Virus record (IMG/VR): IMGVR_UViG_2695420643_000009
Length of the DNA: 23,161 nt
Origin: a virus
Lineage: Duplodnaviria; Heunggongvirae; Uroviricota; Caudoviricetes
Reading direction: 5' to 3' (one strand)
In this document: in pieces, positions 1 to 6,827 of the stretch
How the letters are laid out: every line of letters begins with the position of its first letter
Numbering within the stretch: the first letter of the stretch is position 1
The notes under the pieces: model-generated
Database searches by the model: none
Told to the model about the DNA's origin: nothing
What the model saw: the letters and a program-made list of their open reading frames with translations, nothing else
Position numbers and translations under genes: made by a program

Positions 1-105
1 ACGAACTGCCCGTTGACGGACCTCGGGGGAAAAACGTGTATTTTTAGTCATCCTGTTTACCTCTTTCTCAGGGAGTTTAGTCTCCAGGATTCCCGGGGCG
101 GTTCA
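1..105 (-). mobile_element. IS3-family insertion sequence (IS629/IS3411-like), inner left-end only; transposase orfA starts at 51 and reads leftward out of the window
   Basis: Minus strand reads TGAACCGCCCCGGGAATCCTGGAGACTAAACTCCCTGAGAAAGAGGTAAACAGG-ATG-ACTAAAAATACACGT..., i.e. terminal TG, RBS and an ORF beginning [17 protein letters not shown], which I recognise as the N-terminus of IS3-family OrfA (HTH transposase). Element end placed at 105 from the terminal TGAACC. Near-identical copy in opposite orientation at 23082..23161. Confidence 0.7.
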
Positions 106-122
106 AAGAGGTTATTATCCTG

Positions 123-527
123 ATGGATCAGGTCGTTGTTTTTCAAAAGATGTTTGAGCAAGTGAGAAAAGAGCAAAACTTCTCCTGGTTTTATTCAGAA
201 TTAAAACATCACCGTATTGCACATTACATTTATTATCTGGCTACGGATAACATCAGAATTATTACTCACGATGACACGGTTTTGTTATTAAGAGGAACCA
301 GGAACCTGTTAAAAGTTAGTACGACCAAGAACCCTGCTAAAATAAAAGAGGCCGCATTGCTTCATATTTGCGGAAAATCTACATTTCGGGAATACTGTTC
401 AACACTAGCAGGCGCGGGCGTTTTCCGGTGGGTTACTGATGTTAATCATAACAAACGCAGTTACTACGCCATTGATAATACGCTTTTATATATTGAAGAT
501 GTAGAAAATAATAAACCATTAATCTAG
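123..527 (+). CDS. ycgX: DUF1398-family protein YcgX (chromosomal, function unknown)
   Basis: 134-aa ORF MDQVVVFQKMFEQVRKEQNF...; matches my recollection of E. coli YcgX in length and sequence, and sits next to iraM as in K-12. AAGAGG RBS 11 nt upstream of the ATG. Confidence 0.8.
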   Translation: MDQVVVFQKMFEQVRKEQNFSWFYSELKHHRIAHYIYYLATDNIRIITHDDTVLLLRGTRNLLKVSTTKNPAKIKEAALLHICGKSTFREYCSTLAGAGVFRWVTDVNHNKRSYYAIDNTLLYIEDVENNKPLI

Positions 528-736
528 CTAAAGTTGGATGCTTAAGAAATGCTTCATAATTCAGTAAGGCATTAGCATAATGGGAATAAAAGTACAGAGA
601 CTATCCCTATGGATGATAAATACTGTCCTTTTATTGCTACCCATAAATAATCACCATGCCAATACTATCAAATTGATATTTGAAATGTGATCACTTGACT
701 TTCTATACGTTATTTTATAACGGTTAATATATTTAT

Positions 737-787
737 AAAAACAACGGGTGTGCCATACGCCCGTTTCAATACTTAACGCACATGTGT
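737..787. repeat. Copy 1 of a ~48-bp terminator-like hairpin repeat (AAAACAACGGGTGTGCCATACGCCCGTTTCAATACTTAACGCACATGTG)
   Basis: About 85 percent identical by eye to 1593..1640, which is the hairpin just downstream of the icd stop. GC stem AACGGG.../...CCCGTT at 743..765, followed on the minus strand by a T-rich run. Confidence 0.5.
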
Positions 788-1222
788 TTTGGTTTAGTCA
801 TCATCCAGTTATATGTATTTTAGCCAGGAACAGGTTAAACCTTTCCTATATAACTCAAAAATTGAAACCTTATTCTCATGTCATGCTTATATTCATTATT
901 ATCGTTATATAAAAAGGCAACCATAATGTTTAGCAAATTGGCACAAAGTAGCATAAAGGCTATGTTTTAATTACAGGATGTTCAGTCATTTGAATGTATA
1001 ACATTATAGCTAAACAAATCTAAAACGAAGTGAATAATTTATTGTTTTCACTAAATCTCATTTTGTTTAACATCCATTGAGATTCCTTGCTTTAAATTTT
1101 GTTTTATATAAGCAATCGTTTTAATTAATTTATTTTTTGAAGGGGTAATATACTCATATGCAAAATAAAGAAATGAACATCCAAATGAACTATATTAAAT
1201 ACCGTGGGATAAGACATAACAA

Positions 1223-1546
1223 ATGAAGTGGATAGTAATTGACACGATAATTCAACCTTCATGCGGCATATCTTTTTCAGCCATATGGGGTAATATGAAA
1301 ATGATCATCTGGTATCAATCTACTATATTTCTCCCTCCTGGCAGTATATTTACACCGGTTAAATCTGGAATTATCCTTAAAGATAAAGAATATCCTATTA
1401 CTATTTATAACATCGCACCATTCAACAAGGATTTATGGAGTCTACTCAAAAGCAGTCAAGAGTGTCCTCCAGGAGAAAGAAAAATAACAAATAAATGTTT
1501 GCATAATAGTTGCATTATAAAAATATGCCCATATGGGCTCAAGTAA
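1223..1546 (+). CDS. iraM: Anti-adaptor protein IraM (inhibitor of RssB-mediated RpoS degradation)
   Basis: 107-aa [44 protein letters not shown]...KICPYGLK; recognised as IraM (same length, near-identical to K-12 as I recall it). AT-rich upstream region. Confidence 0.9.
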   Translation: MKWIVIDTIIQPSCGISFSAIWGNMKMIIWYQSTIFLPPGSIFTPVKSGIILKDKEYPITIYNIAPFNKDLWSLLKSSQECPPGERKITNKCLHNSCIIKICPYGLK

Positions 1547-1602
1547 AGGGTTTTATATAAATATGCTCGATATGCTATTAATAATACCTACATAAATAAA
1601 AC

Positions 1603-1625
1603 AACGGGCGTGTTATACGCCCGTT
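1603..1625 (-). terminator. Intrinsic terminator of icd (hairpin plus T-run on the minus strand); copy 2 of the hairpin repeat
   Basis: Stem AACGGGCG/CGCCCGTT with 7-nt loop, followed on the minus strand by GTTTTATTTAT; lies 24 nt downstream of the icd stop codon (1649..1651, minus). Confidence 0.55.
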
Positions 1626-1648
1626 GCAATATTAAACACATGTAGTGA

Positions 1649-1813
1649 TTACATGTTCTTGATGATCGCATCACCAAATTCTGAACATTTCAGCAGTTTA
1701 GCGCCTTCCATCAGACGCTCGAAGTCATAGGTTACGGTCTTCGCATTGATTGCGCCTTCCATACCTTTAACAATCAGGTCTGCGGCTTCAGTCCAGCCCA
1801 TATGGCGTAACAT
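1649..1813 (-). pseudogene. icdC: icdC: detached 3'-terminal 55 codons of isocitrate dehydrogenase (original icd 3' end displaced by prophage integration)
   Basis: Minus strand translates to [54 protein letters not shown], the Icd C-terminus. Homology to icd stops abruptly at 1813 (upstream is LN*), with no N-terminal part of icd present. Confidence 0.9.
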
Positions 1814-2000
1814 TAGTTAGATGACTAAATCGTAACTATTTGACATAGCAACATAATTTTACTAATTTGCATATAACTCATTAGCCCTTAGCATTTCTAT
1901 AACTCATTGATTATAAACATGTGTTTTTGAGTTTTGATAACCATTTTTAGCATAAAAATAGCAGTTAACATTTGCAGAAGTTAAGATCAGAAAAAATTTT

Positions 2001-2014
2001 TACCCTGTAGGGTA
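2001..2014 (-). terminator. Possible weak intrinsic terminator downstream of mcrA
   Basis: Short palindrome TACCCT-AGGGTA followed on the minus strand by AAAATTTTTT; about 33 nt past the mcrA stop. Stem is short, so weak. Confidence 0.3.
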
Positions 2015-2046
2015 TTACGTCTTAAATGTGACTTTAATAAATAATT

Positions 2047-2880
2047 TTATTTCTGTAATCGGTTTATATTAACGTAAAGCATCTCGATTAGTTCTTTTGC
2101 ATTTTTACTATAGTGCAATTCTCTATGGCAATTCGGACAAAGGGCAACACAGTTATCTGTTGTATCAGCACCACCTGAAGACAGGGGAATTACATGATGC
2201 ACTTCCAAATATGGGTTTCCATCATTTAAATAAAACGGAGCATTTTTACCACAGTTTTCACATATACCTTTACTTTGCTGTAAAATCCAAGCTTTTACCA
2301 TCGGGTCTCGGACATAAACTTTTTGTAGTCTTTCTACCTCAACTGGTTTCCTGGAGCCCTCGGGTTGACTCAACGTTTTCTTAATTAATTTACTAACCCT
2401 CATATTCAGAAGCGATTCATCATCTGTAGGCTGTGAAAGCTCTGATAGTTCTCCACGTATTATAGACGCCCAAAAACTGTCACTATAAATACCTGGAACA
2501 TTTATCAATATTCGTTTCGTTCTATTGCCGGAAGGAATTTCCTTTCTCCCCGTACGACTAAAATAAGCCTGATAACCACACATCTTCAAGCGTATATCGC
2601 GGGGGCTATTACCAATCAAAGTAAAATATTCACCAGGATGGATTTTTCTTTCATCCAAAGAATGCATATGTTTTCTGACTGATGATGACGCCAGATATAC
2701 TACGACTTGGGATACACCAGAATCAACCAACCGTTCAATGATATAATCAAGAGCGATATTGTAATCTTTGTTTCTGTCACCCGGCCCCCACGACTCAAGG
2801 ATTAGACCATAAACACCATCCTCTTCACCTATCGAACACTCAGCTTTCAGTTCAATTCCATTGTTATCAAAAACATGCAT
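2047..2880 (-). CDS. mcrA: McrA, 5-methylcytosine-specific restriction endonuclease (HNH nuclease)
   Basis: 277-aa ORF; C-terminal HNH/zinc motif CENCGK...EVHHVIPLSSGGADTTDNCVALCPNCH visible; length and sequence match my recollection of K-12 McrA; position (phage end next to pin) as in e14. Confidence 0.9.
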   Translation of the reverse strand: MHVFDNNGIELKAECSIGEEDGVYGLILESWGPGDRNKDYNIALDYIIERLVDSGVSQVVVYLASSSVRKHMHSLDERKIHPGEYFTLIGNSPRDIRLKMCGYQAYFSRTGRKEIPSGNRTKRILINVPGIYSDSFWASIIRGELSELSQPTDDESLLNMRVSKLIKKTLSQPEGSRKPVEVERLQKVYVRDPMVKAWILQQSKGICENCGKNAPFYLNDGNPYLEVHHVIPLSSGGADTTDNCVALCPNCHRELHYSKNAKELIEMLYVNINRLQK

Positions 2881-2986
2881 AATATTAATCTTTAATCAAT
2901 TTTTCACGACAATACTACTTTTATTGATAAAATTGCAACAAGTTGCTGTTGTTTTACTTTCTTTTGTACACAAAGTGTCTTTAACT

Positions 2987-3541
2987 TTATTTATCCCCTG
3001 CAGGAAACCTCTTATACAAAGTTGACACACCAACATCATAGATAATCGCCACCTTCTGGCGAGGAACTCCTGATGCAATTAATCGTCCGGCCTGTTCCCA
3101 TTGTTCTGGTGTAAGTTTGGGACGACGTCCACCAATTCGTCCCTGTGCGCGAGCAGCTTCCAGTCCAGCTTTTGTTCTTTCAACAATCAGTTCACGCTCC
3201 ATTTCAGCCAGGGCACCCATCACATGAAAGAAAAAGCGCCCCATTGGGGTACTGGTATCAATTGAATCCGTCAGACTACGAAAGTTGATGCCTCGTTCGC
3301 GCAACTCCTCCACCAGCACGACAAGATGCCGCATACTGCGCCCTAGTCGGTCCAGTTTCCAGACCACCAGCGTATCACCTGCCGATAATGTCCTGAGCAG
3401 TTTTTTCAGTCCCGGCCTTTCGGACTTTGTACCGCTTATCTTGTCTTCAAAAATCAGCTCGCATCCTGCACAGTTCAGCGCATTACGTTGTAGATCTGTG
3501 TTCTGGTCATTTGTTGACACACGTACATAGCCAATAAGCAT
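2987..3541 (-). CDS. pinE: Pin DNA invertase (serine recombinase, Gin/Hin/Cin/Pin family)
   Basis: MLIGYVRVSTNDQNTDLQRNAL... with the catalytic-serine motif GYVRVST and a C-terminal HTH; 184 aa from the ATG at 3541, which has a GGGAG RBS 8 nt upstream. The ORF track's longer 196-aa start at 3577 has no RBS. Confidence 0.9.
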   Translation of the reverse strand: MLIGYVRVSTNDQNTDLQRNALNCAGCELIFEDKISGTKSERPGLKKLLRTLSAGDTLVVWKLDRLGRSMRHLVVLVEELRERGINFRSLTDSIDTSTPMGRFFFHVMGALAEMERELIVERTKAGLEAARAQGRIGGRRPKLTPEQWEQAGRLIASGVPRQKVAIIYDVGVSTLYKRFPAGDK

Positions 3542-3567
3542 GGTAGATCTCCCTGACAAAAGCAGGA

Positions 3568-4119
3568 ATGATGCCATTTGCTCGTTATTTCTGCATTTTC
3601 ATAAACGTTGGTTTGGGAGAAGGTTCGGCATTACCCGTTGGCGTGCCTGTTCCGTGGCCTTCCGCCACTCCGCCAACAGGCTGGCTGAAATGCAACGGTG
3701 CCGCTTTTTCTGCTGAAGAATACCCGGAACTGGCAAAGGCTTATCCGACAAATAAATTGCCTGATTTACGTGGTGAGTTTATTCGTGGCTGGGATGACGG
3801 GCGTGGAGTGGATAGCGGTCGTACTTTATTAACGAATCAAGAGCATGCAGTAATTTCTCATAATCATGGAATACCTACAAAAGTGGGGTCAGTTACTAAT
3901 ATCCCGTATGGAATAGAACAGGTTATATCTGATGAAACCATTTTTTCATCAGCAAAAACAGTTGGTGTGGATTACTGGTCTAACAGTGAGCGAGTTTTTA
4001 CTTATACCACTGGTGGAAGAAATGGTGCTGAATCAGTGAGTTCACCTGATGCCTCCTCTTTAATTAAAGAAACCAGACCACGGAACCTGGCATTTGCGTA
4101 TATCGTGAGGGCTGCATAA
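3568..4119 (+). CDS. stfE: Promoterless tail-fibre C-terminal (variable) cassette, stfE-like, duplicate copy A; lacks the constant N-terminal fibre domain
   Basis: 183-aa ORF whose residues from [32 protein letters not shown] to AYIVRAA are identical to the C-terminal 150 aa of the expressed fibre 6024..6824. DNA identity checked at several points. Confidence 0.55.
   Translation: MMPFARYFCIFINVGLGEGSALPVGVPVPWPSATPPTGWLKCNGAAFSAEEYPELAKAYPTNKLPDLRGEFIRGWDDGRGVDSGRTLLTNQEHAVISHNHGIPTKVGSVTNIPYGIEQVISDETIFSSAKTVGVDYWSNSERVFTYTTGGRNGAESVSSPDASSLIKETRPRNLAFAYIVRAA
3596..3621 (+). promoter_or_regulatory. pixL: 26-bp Pin crossover site (TTTTCATAAACG-TT-GGTTTGGGAGAA)
   Basis: Imperfect dyad with the same 12-2-12 architecture as gix (TTCCTGTAAACC-GA-GGTTTTGGATAA, from memory); lies between pin and the cassette; inverted-repeat identity with pixR starts exactly at the central dinucleotide (3608). 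Confidence 0.6.
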
Positions 4120-4550
4120 TGGATTACGCTGTATTAAATAACGAATTTATCGCCACCCAAGCAGGAAATATTACGGTTTATAACTATGATGGTGAAACAC
4201 GGGAATATATTTTCACATCAACTGAATATCTTGCTGTGGGTGTCGGCATTCCGGCATGTTCCTGTTTAGATGCTCCTGGCTCATACAAAACTGGGTATGC
4301 AATCTGCCGTTCTGCAGATTTTAACTCATGGGAATATGTGCCAGACCATCGTGGTGAAATCGTCTTTAGCACAGAAACAGGAGAATCAAAAGAAATCAAA
4401 GCTCCGGGTGATTACCCTGAAAATACAACCACTATCGCCCCTTTATCTCCATACGATAAATGGGATGGTGAGAAATGGGTAACCGATACTGAGGCACAGC
4501 ATAGCGCCGCAGTAGACGCGGCAGAAGCACAGCGCCAGTCACTGATTGAT
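3608..4550. repeat. Inverted repeat copy A (943 bp): stfE variable cassette plus first 144 codons of tfaE
   Basis: Perfect identity to the reverse complement of 5593..6535 wherever I spot-checked (boundaries, 4081..4140 vs 6001..6060, 4201..4260 vs 5881..5940); translated ORFs are identical. Confidence 0.85.
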
Positions 4551-4607
4551 TGGTTTGGGAGAAGCGGCAAAAAGGAATGTGGGCAACGGGGAAAACCAAA
4601 TCCCTGA
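4119..4607 (+). pseudogene. Truncated tail-fibre assembly gene: tfaE N-terminal 144 codons fused to 17 unrelated codons (WFGRSGKKECGQRGKPNP*)
   Basis: Identical to TfaE (5422..6024) through ...AEAQRQSLID, then diverges at 4551, where the sequence becomes the right half of a pix site. Confidence 0.6.
4538..4563 (+). promoter_or_regulatory. pixM: hybrid pix-like site (GTCACTGATTGA-TT-GGTTTGGGAGAA) with a canonical right half and a tfaE-derived left half
   Basis: Right half and centre identical to pixL/pixR; left half is tfaE coding sequence; the inverted-repeat identity ends inside the central dinucleotide (4550/4551). Confidence 0.45.
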
Positions 4608-5004
4608 TATGTCTTTCTGGACGGTTACTGGTGGCAATGGAAATTTTGTGATTCGTCAACCTGACGGGCTAATCACTCAGATGGTTACTGTAAGTATAAG
4701 CGGTCCAGTGGCGATGAATGGAATGACTGATAATGCTTATGCCATTACAGGTTCTAATAAGTCTTATATTGCCACAGCCACATTGCCCTTTGTATTTCCT
4801 AATAAGGTGCTGGGCGTTATCCCTCTGGTATCAACAACAGCCTATGGTGGTGTATCCAGTAATATTACAGGTTCATACGCGACGGCGGTTTGTTCTTTTG
4901 CCGCTGTCCGGGGGAATAATACGATTGTATTCAAAGTCGACAAACCACTGAATGCAGCCTTTCCTTCAGATACCAGCGTCTCAGCGTTAATCATTGGACG
5001 GTAA
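4549..5004 (+). CDS. Silent alternative tail-fibre variable cassette (Sv'); has no start of its own, would be fused in frame to the constant fibre domain after inversion
   Basis: Open frame ...IGLGEAAKRNVGNGENQIPDMSFWTV...VSALIIGR*. The GLGE codons (GGT TTG GGA GAA) are in the same phase as the GLGE at the Sc-Sv junction of the expressed fibre; followed directly by a tail-fibre assembly gene. Confidence 0.6.
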   Translation: MGLGEAAKRNVGNGENQIPDMSFWTVTGGNGNFVIRQPDGLITQMVTVSISGPVAMNGMTDNAYAITGSNKSYIATATLPFVFPNKVLGVIPLVSTTAYGGVSSNITGSYATAVCSFAAVRGNNTIVFKVDKPLNAAFPSDTSVSALIIGR

Positions 5005-5006
5005 TA

Positions 5007-5450
5007 ATGAACTCAGTATTCTTTTCACCCGGAAGTAAAAGTTTTTATCTACAAGAATTGTTTCCAGAATATGAGGATGCGGGAACGCTTCCAGATGATG
5101 TTATTGAAATTACCCGAGAAACATATGAGCAATTTCTTGGGCTGCATCCAGAAGGGAAAGAAATTGGCGCTGACAGTTCAGGACGGCCAATATGGATTAA
5201 TTCCCCACCGCCTTCAAAAGAGGATGAGGTGTTGATGGCTGAAATGAAAAAAATATCTTTGGTTTCAGAAGCCAATACCTACATCAATACCCATCAGTGG
5301 CCTGGCAAAGCTGCTATTGGTCGTCTGAAAGGTAACGAGCTGGAGCAATATAATTTATGGCTGGATTATCTGGACGCACTGGAACTGGTTGATCCCTCCA
5401 GTGCTCCAGATATTGAATGGCCTACGCCTCCGGCAGTTCAGGCCAGATGA
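5007..5450 (+). CDS. Tail-fibre assembly protein (alternative, tfaP-like), partner of the silent Sv' cassette
   Basis: 147-aa ORF MNSVFFSPGSKSFYLQELFPEYEDAG...IEWPTPPAVQAR; resembles the tail-fibre assembly chaperone family, including the C-terminal WP motif region; starts 3 nt after the Sv' stop; converges on tfaE. Confidence 0.7.
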   Translation: MNSVFFSPGSKSFYLQELFPEYEDAGTLPDDVIEITRETYEQFLGLHPEGKEIGADSSGRPIWINSPPPSKEDEVLMAEMKKISLVSEANTYINTHQWPGKAAIGRLKGNELEQYNLWLDYLDALELVDPSSAPDIEWPTPPAVQAR

Positions 5451-6024
5451 CATTCGGCGCGGTGCTGGTATCTGTTGCCGTCACCGCGTCAATGTAATCC
5501 AGCACAGCGTTAAGCTGGGTTGTTTCTGCCTGCGTCAGTTTCCGTCCGGCCTGTAATTTCAGCTGAATCAGACTGATGGAAGCCATTGCAGCATCAATCA
5601 GTGACTGGCGCTGTGCTTCTGCCGCGTCTACTGCGGCGCTATGCTGTGCCTCAGTATCGGTTACCCATTTCTCACCATCCCATTTATCGTATGGAGATAA
5701 AGGGGCGATAGTGGTTGTATTTTCAGGGTAATCACCCGGAGCTTTGATTTCTTTTGATTCTCCTGTTTCTGTGCTAAAGACGATTTCACCACGATGGTCT
5801 GGCACATATTCCCATGAGTTAAAATCTGCAGAACGGCAGATTGCATACCCAGTTTTGTATGAGCCAGGAGCATCTAAACAGGAACATGCCGGAATGCCGA
5901 CACCCACAGCAAGATATTCAGTTGATGTGAAAATATATTCCCGTGTTTCACCATCATAGTTATAAACCGTAATATTTCCTGCTTGGGTGGCGATAAATTC
6001 GTTATTTAATACAGCGTAATCCAT
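5422..6024 (-). CDS. tfaE: Tail-fibre assembly protein TfaE
   Basis: 200-aa [28 protein letters not shown]...VIWPELPEA; start overlaps the fibre stop; matches my recollection of e14 TfaE (200 aa). Confidence 0.85.
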   Translation of the reverse strand: MDYAVLNNEFIATQAGNITVYNYDGETREYIFTSTEYLAVGVGIPACSCLDAPGSYKTGYAICRSADFNSWEYVPDHRGEIVFSTETGESKEIKAPGDYPENTTTIAPLSPYDKWDGEKWVTDTEAQHSAAVDAAEAQRQSLIDAAMASISLIQLKLQAGRKLTQAETTQLNAVLDYIDAVTATDTSTAPNVIWPELPEA

Positions 6025-6535
6025 TATGCAGCCCTCACGATATACGCAAATGCCAGGTTCCGTGGTCTGGTTTCTTTAATTAAAGAGGAGGCATCAGGTG
6101 AACTCACTGATTCAGCACCATTTCTTCCACCAGTGGTATAAGTAAAAACTCGCTCACTGTTAGACCAGTAATCCACACCAACTGTTTTTGCTGATGAAAA
6201 AATGGTTTCATCAGATATAACCTGTTCTATTCCATACGGGATATTAGTAACTGACCCCACTTTTGTAGGTATTCCATGATTATGAGAAATTACTGCATGC
6301 TCTTGATTCGTTAATAAAGTACGACCGCTATCCACTCCACGCCCGTCATCCCAGCCACGAATAAACTCACCACGTAAATCAGGCAATTTATTTGTCGGAT
6401 AAGCCTTTGCCAGTTCCGGGTATTCTTCAGCAGAAAAAGCGGCACCGTTGCATTTCAGCCAGCCTGTTGGCGGAGTGGCGGAAGGCCACGGAACAGGCAC
6501 GCCAACGGGTAATGCCGAACCTTCTCCCAAACCAA
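5593..6535. repeat. Inverted repeat copy B (943 bp): expressed stfE variable region plus tfaE N-terminal part
   Basis: Reverse complement identical to 3608..4550 (see copy A). Confidence 0.85.
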
Positions 6536-6824
6536 GGTTTTCGAGAGCTGTTTTCACCGTGCCATCCGATTTGATATCGCCAAACGGATTCTTGCGGCTT
6601 AACAGCAGCGCACGAAGCGCGGTAAGCAACTGGTCGTGCCGCGCCTTCTCCAGGCTGGCACCGGATGCCTCCACCACGCTGCAGAGTTCTTCCTGCAACA
6701 TATCAAAGTAGTCATCATCCAGATCGGTGGCAGGCGTGCCAGTCTGGGGGTTACCACGGGTAAAACCGTTCTTACCCACGCCGAACTTATCCTTCTGCGC
6801 GGTTTTCGTGTCTATACGATGCAT
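6024..6824 (-). CDS. Side tail-fibre protein: constant N-terminal domain (about 116 aa) fused at a GLGE junction to the stfE-type variable C-terminal domain; currently the expressed fibre
   Basis: 266-aa [24 protein letters not shown]...; GGAG RBS 7 nt upstream; start 3 nt after the ymfQ stop; C-terminal half is duplicated at 3608..4119. Confidence 0.85.
   Translation of the reverse strand: MHRIDTKTAQKDKFGVGKNGFTRGNPQTGTPATDLDDDYFDMLQEELCSVVEASGASLEKARHDQLLTALRALLLSRKNPFGDIKSDGTVKTALENLGLGEGSALPVGVPVPWPSATPPTGWLKCNGAAFSAEEYPELAKAYPTNKLPDLRGEFIRGWDDGRGVDSGRTLLTNQEHAVISHNHGIPTKVGSVTNIPYGIEQVISDETIFSSAKTVGVDYWSNSERVFTYTTGGRNGAESVSSPDASSLIKETRPRNLAFAYIVRAA
6522..6547 (-). promoter_or_regulatory. 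pixR: 26-bp Pin crossover site inside the fibre gene (minus strand CTCTCGAAAACC-TT-GGTTTGGGAGAA)
   Basis: Near-palindromic; same right half as pixL but on the opposite strand (inverted orientation, as inversion requires); encodes the ...ENLG-LGE junction of the fibre. Confidence 0.6.
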
Positions 6825-6827
6825 GGA

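Noticed and set aside
1020-1222. PhoP box upstream of iraM (iraM is known to be induced under Mg limitation).
   Set aside because: Several TGTTT(T/A) hexamers are present but none as a direct repeat with the 5-nt spacing I expect; I cannot assign a site with confidence.
527-1222. Possible small protein genes, CRISPR repeats or tRNA in the AT-rich ycgX-iraM spacer.
   Set aside because: No ORF with an RBS, no regularly spaced direct repeats, and no cloverleaf-like GC-rich segments; only the single hairpin repeat at 737..787 stands out.
2097-3530. Track ORFs 2097..2384(+), 2896..3078(-) and 3285..3530(+).
   Set aside because: The first and third are antisense to mcrA and pin; the second overlaps the pin 3' end and the mcrA-pin spacer in another frame, with no RBS or recognisable family.
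3542-3577. Longer 196-aa start for pin at 3577, and longer track starts for the DNA-circulation gene (11867) and prohead protease (20073).
   Set aside because: The internal ATGs at 3541, 11825 and 20037 are each preceded by a good Shine-Dalgarno motif and give the expected family lengths; the upstream starts have none.
4184-5959. Paired embedded ORFs 4184..4399(-) with 5744..5959(+), and 4270..4482(+) with 5661..5873(-).
   Set aside because: They lie inside the duplicated tfaE sequence and are identical only because the DNA is duplicated; they are alternative frames of tfaE, not independent genes.
3608-6535. Possibility that the repeated tail-fibre C-terminal segments are the variable and template repeats of a diversity-generating retroelement.
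   Set aside because: The two copies are identical rather than differing at adenine positions, they are about 940 bp rather than 100-150 bp, and no reverse transcriptase gene is present; a serine invertase with pix sites explains the arrangement.
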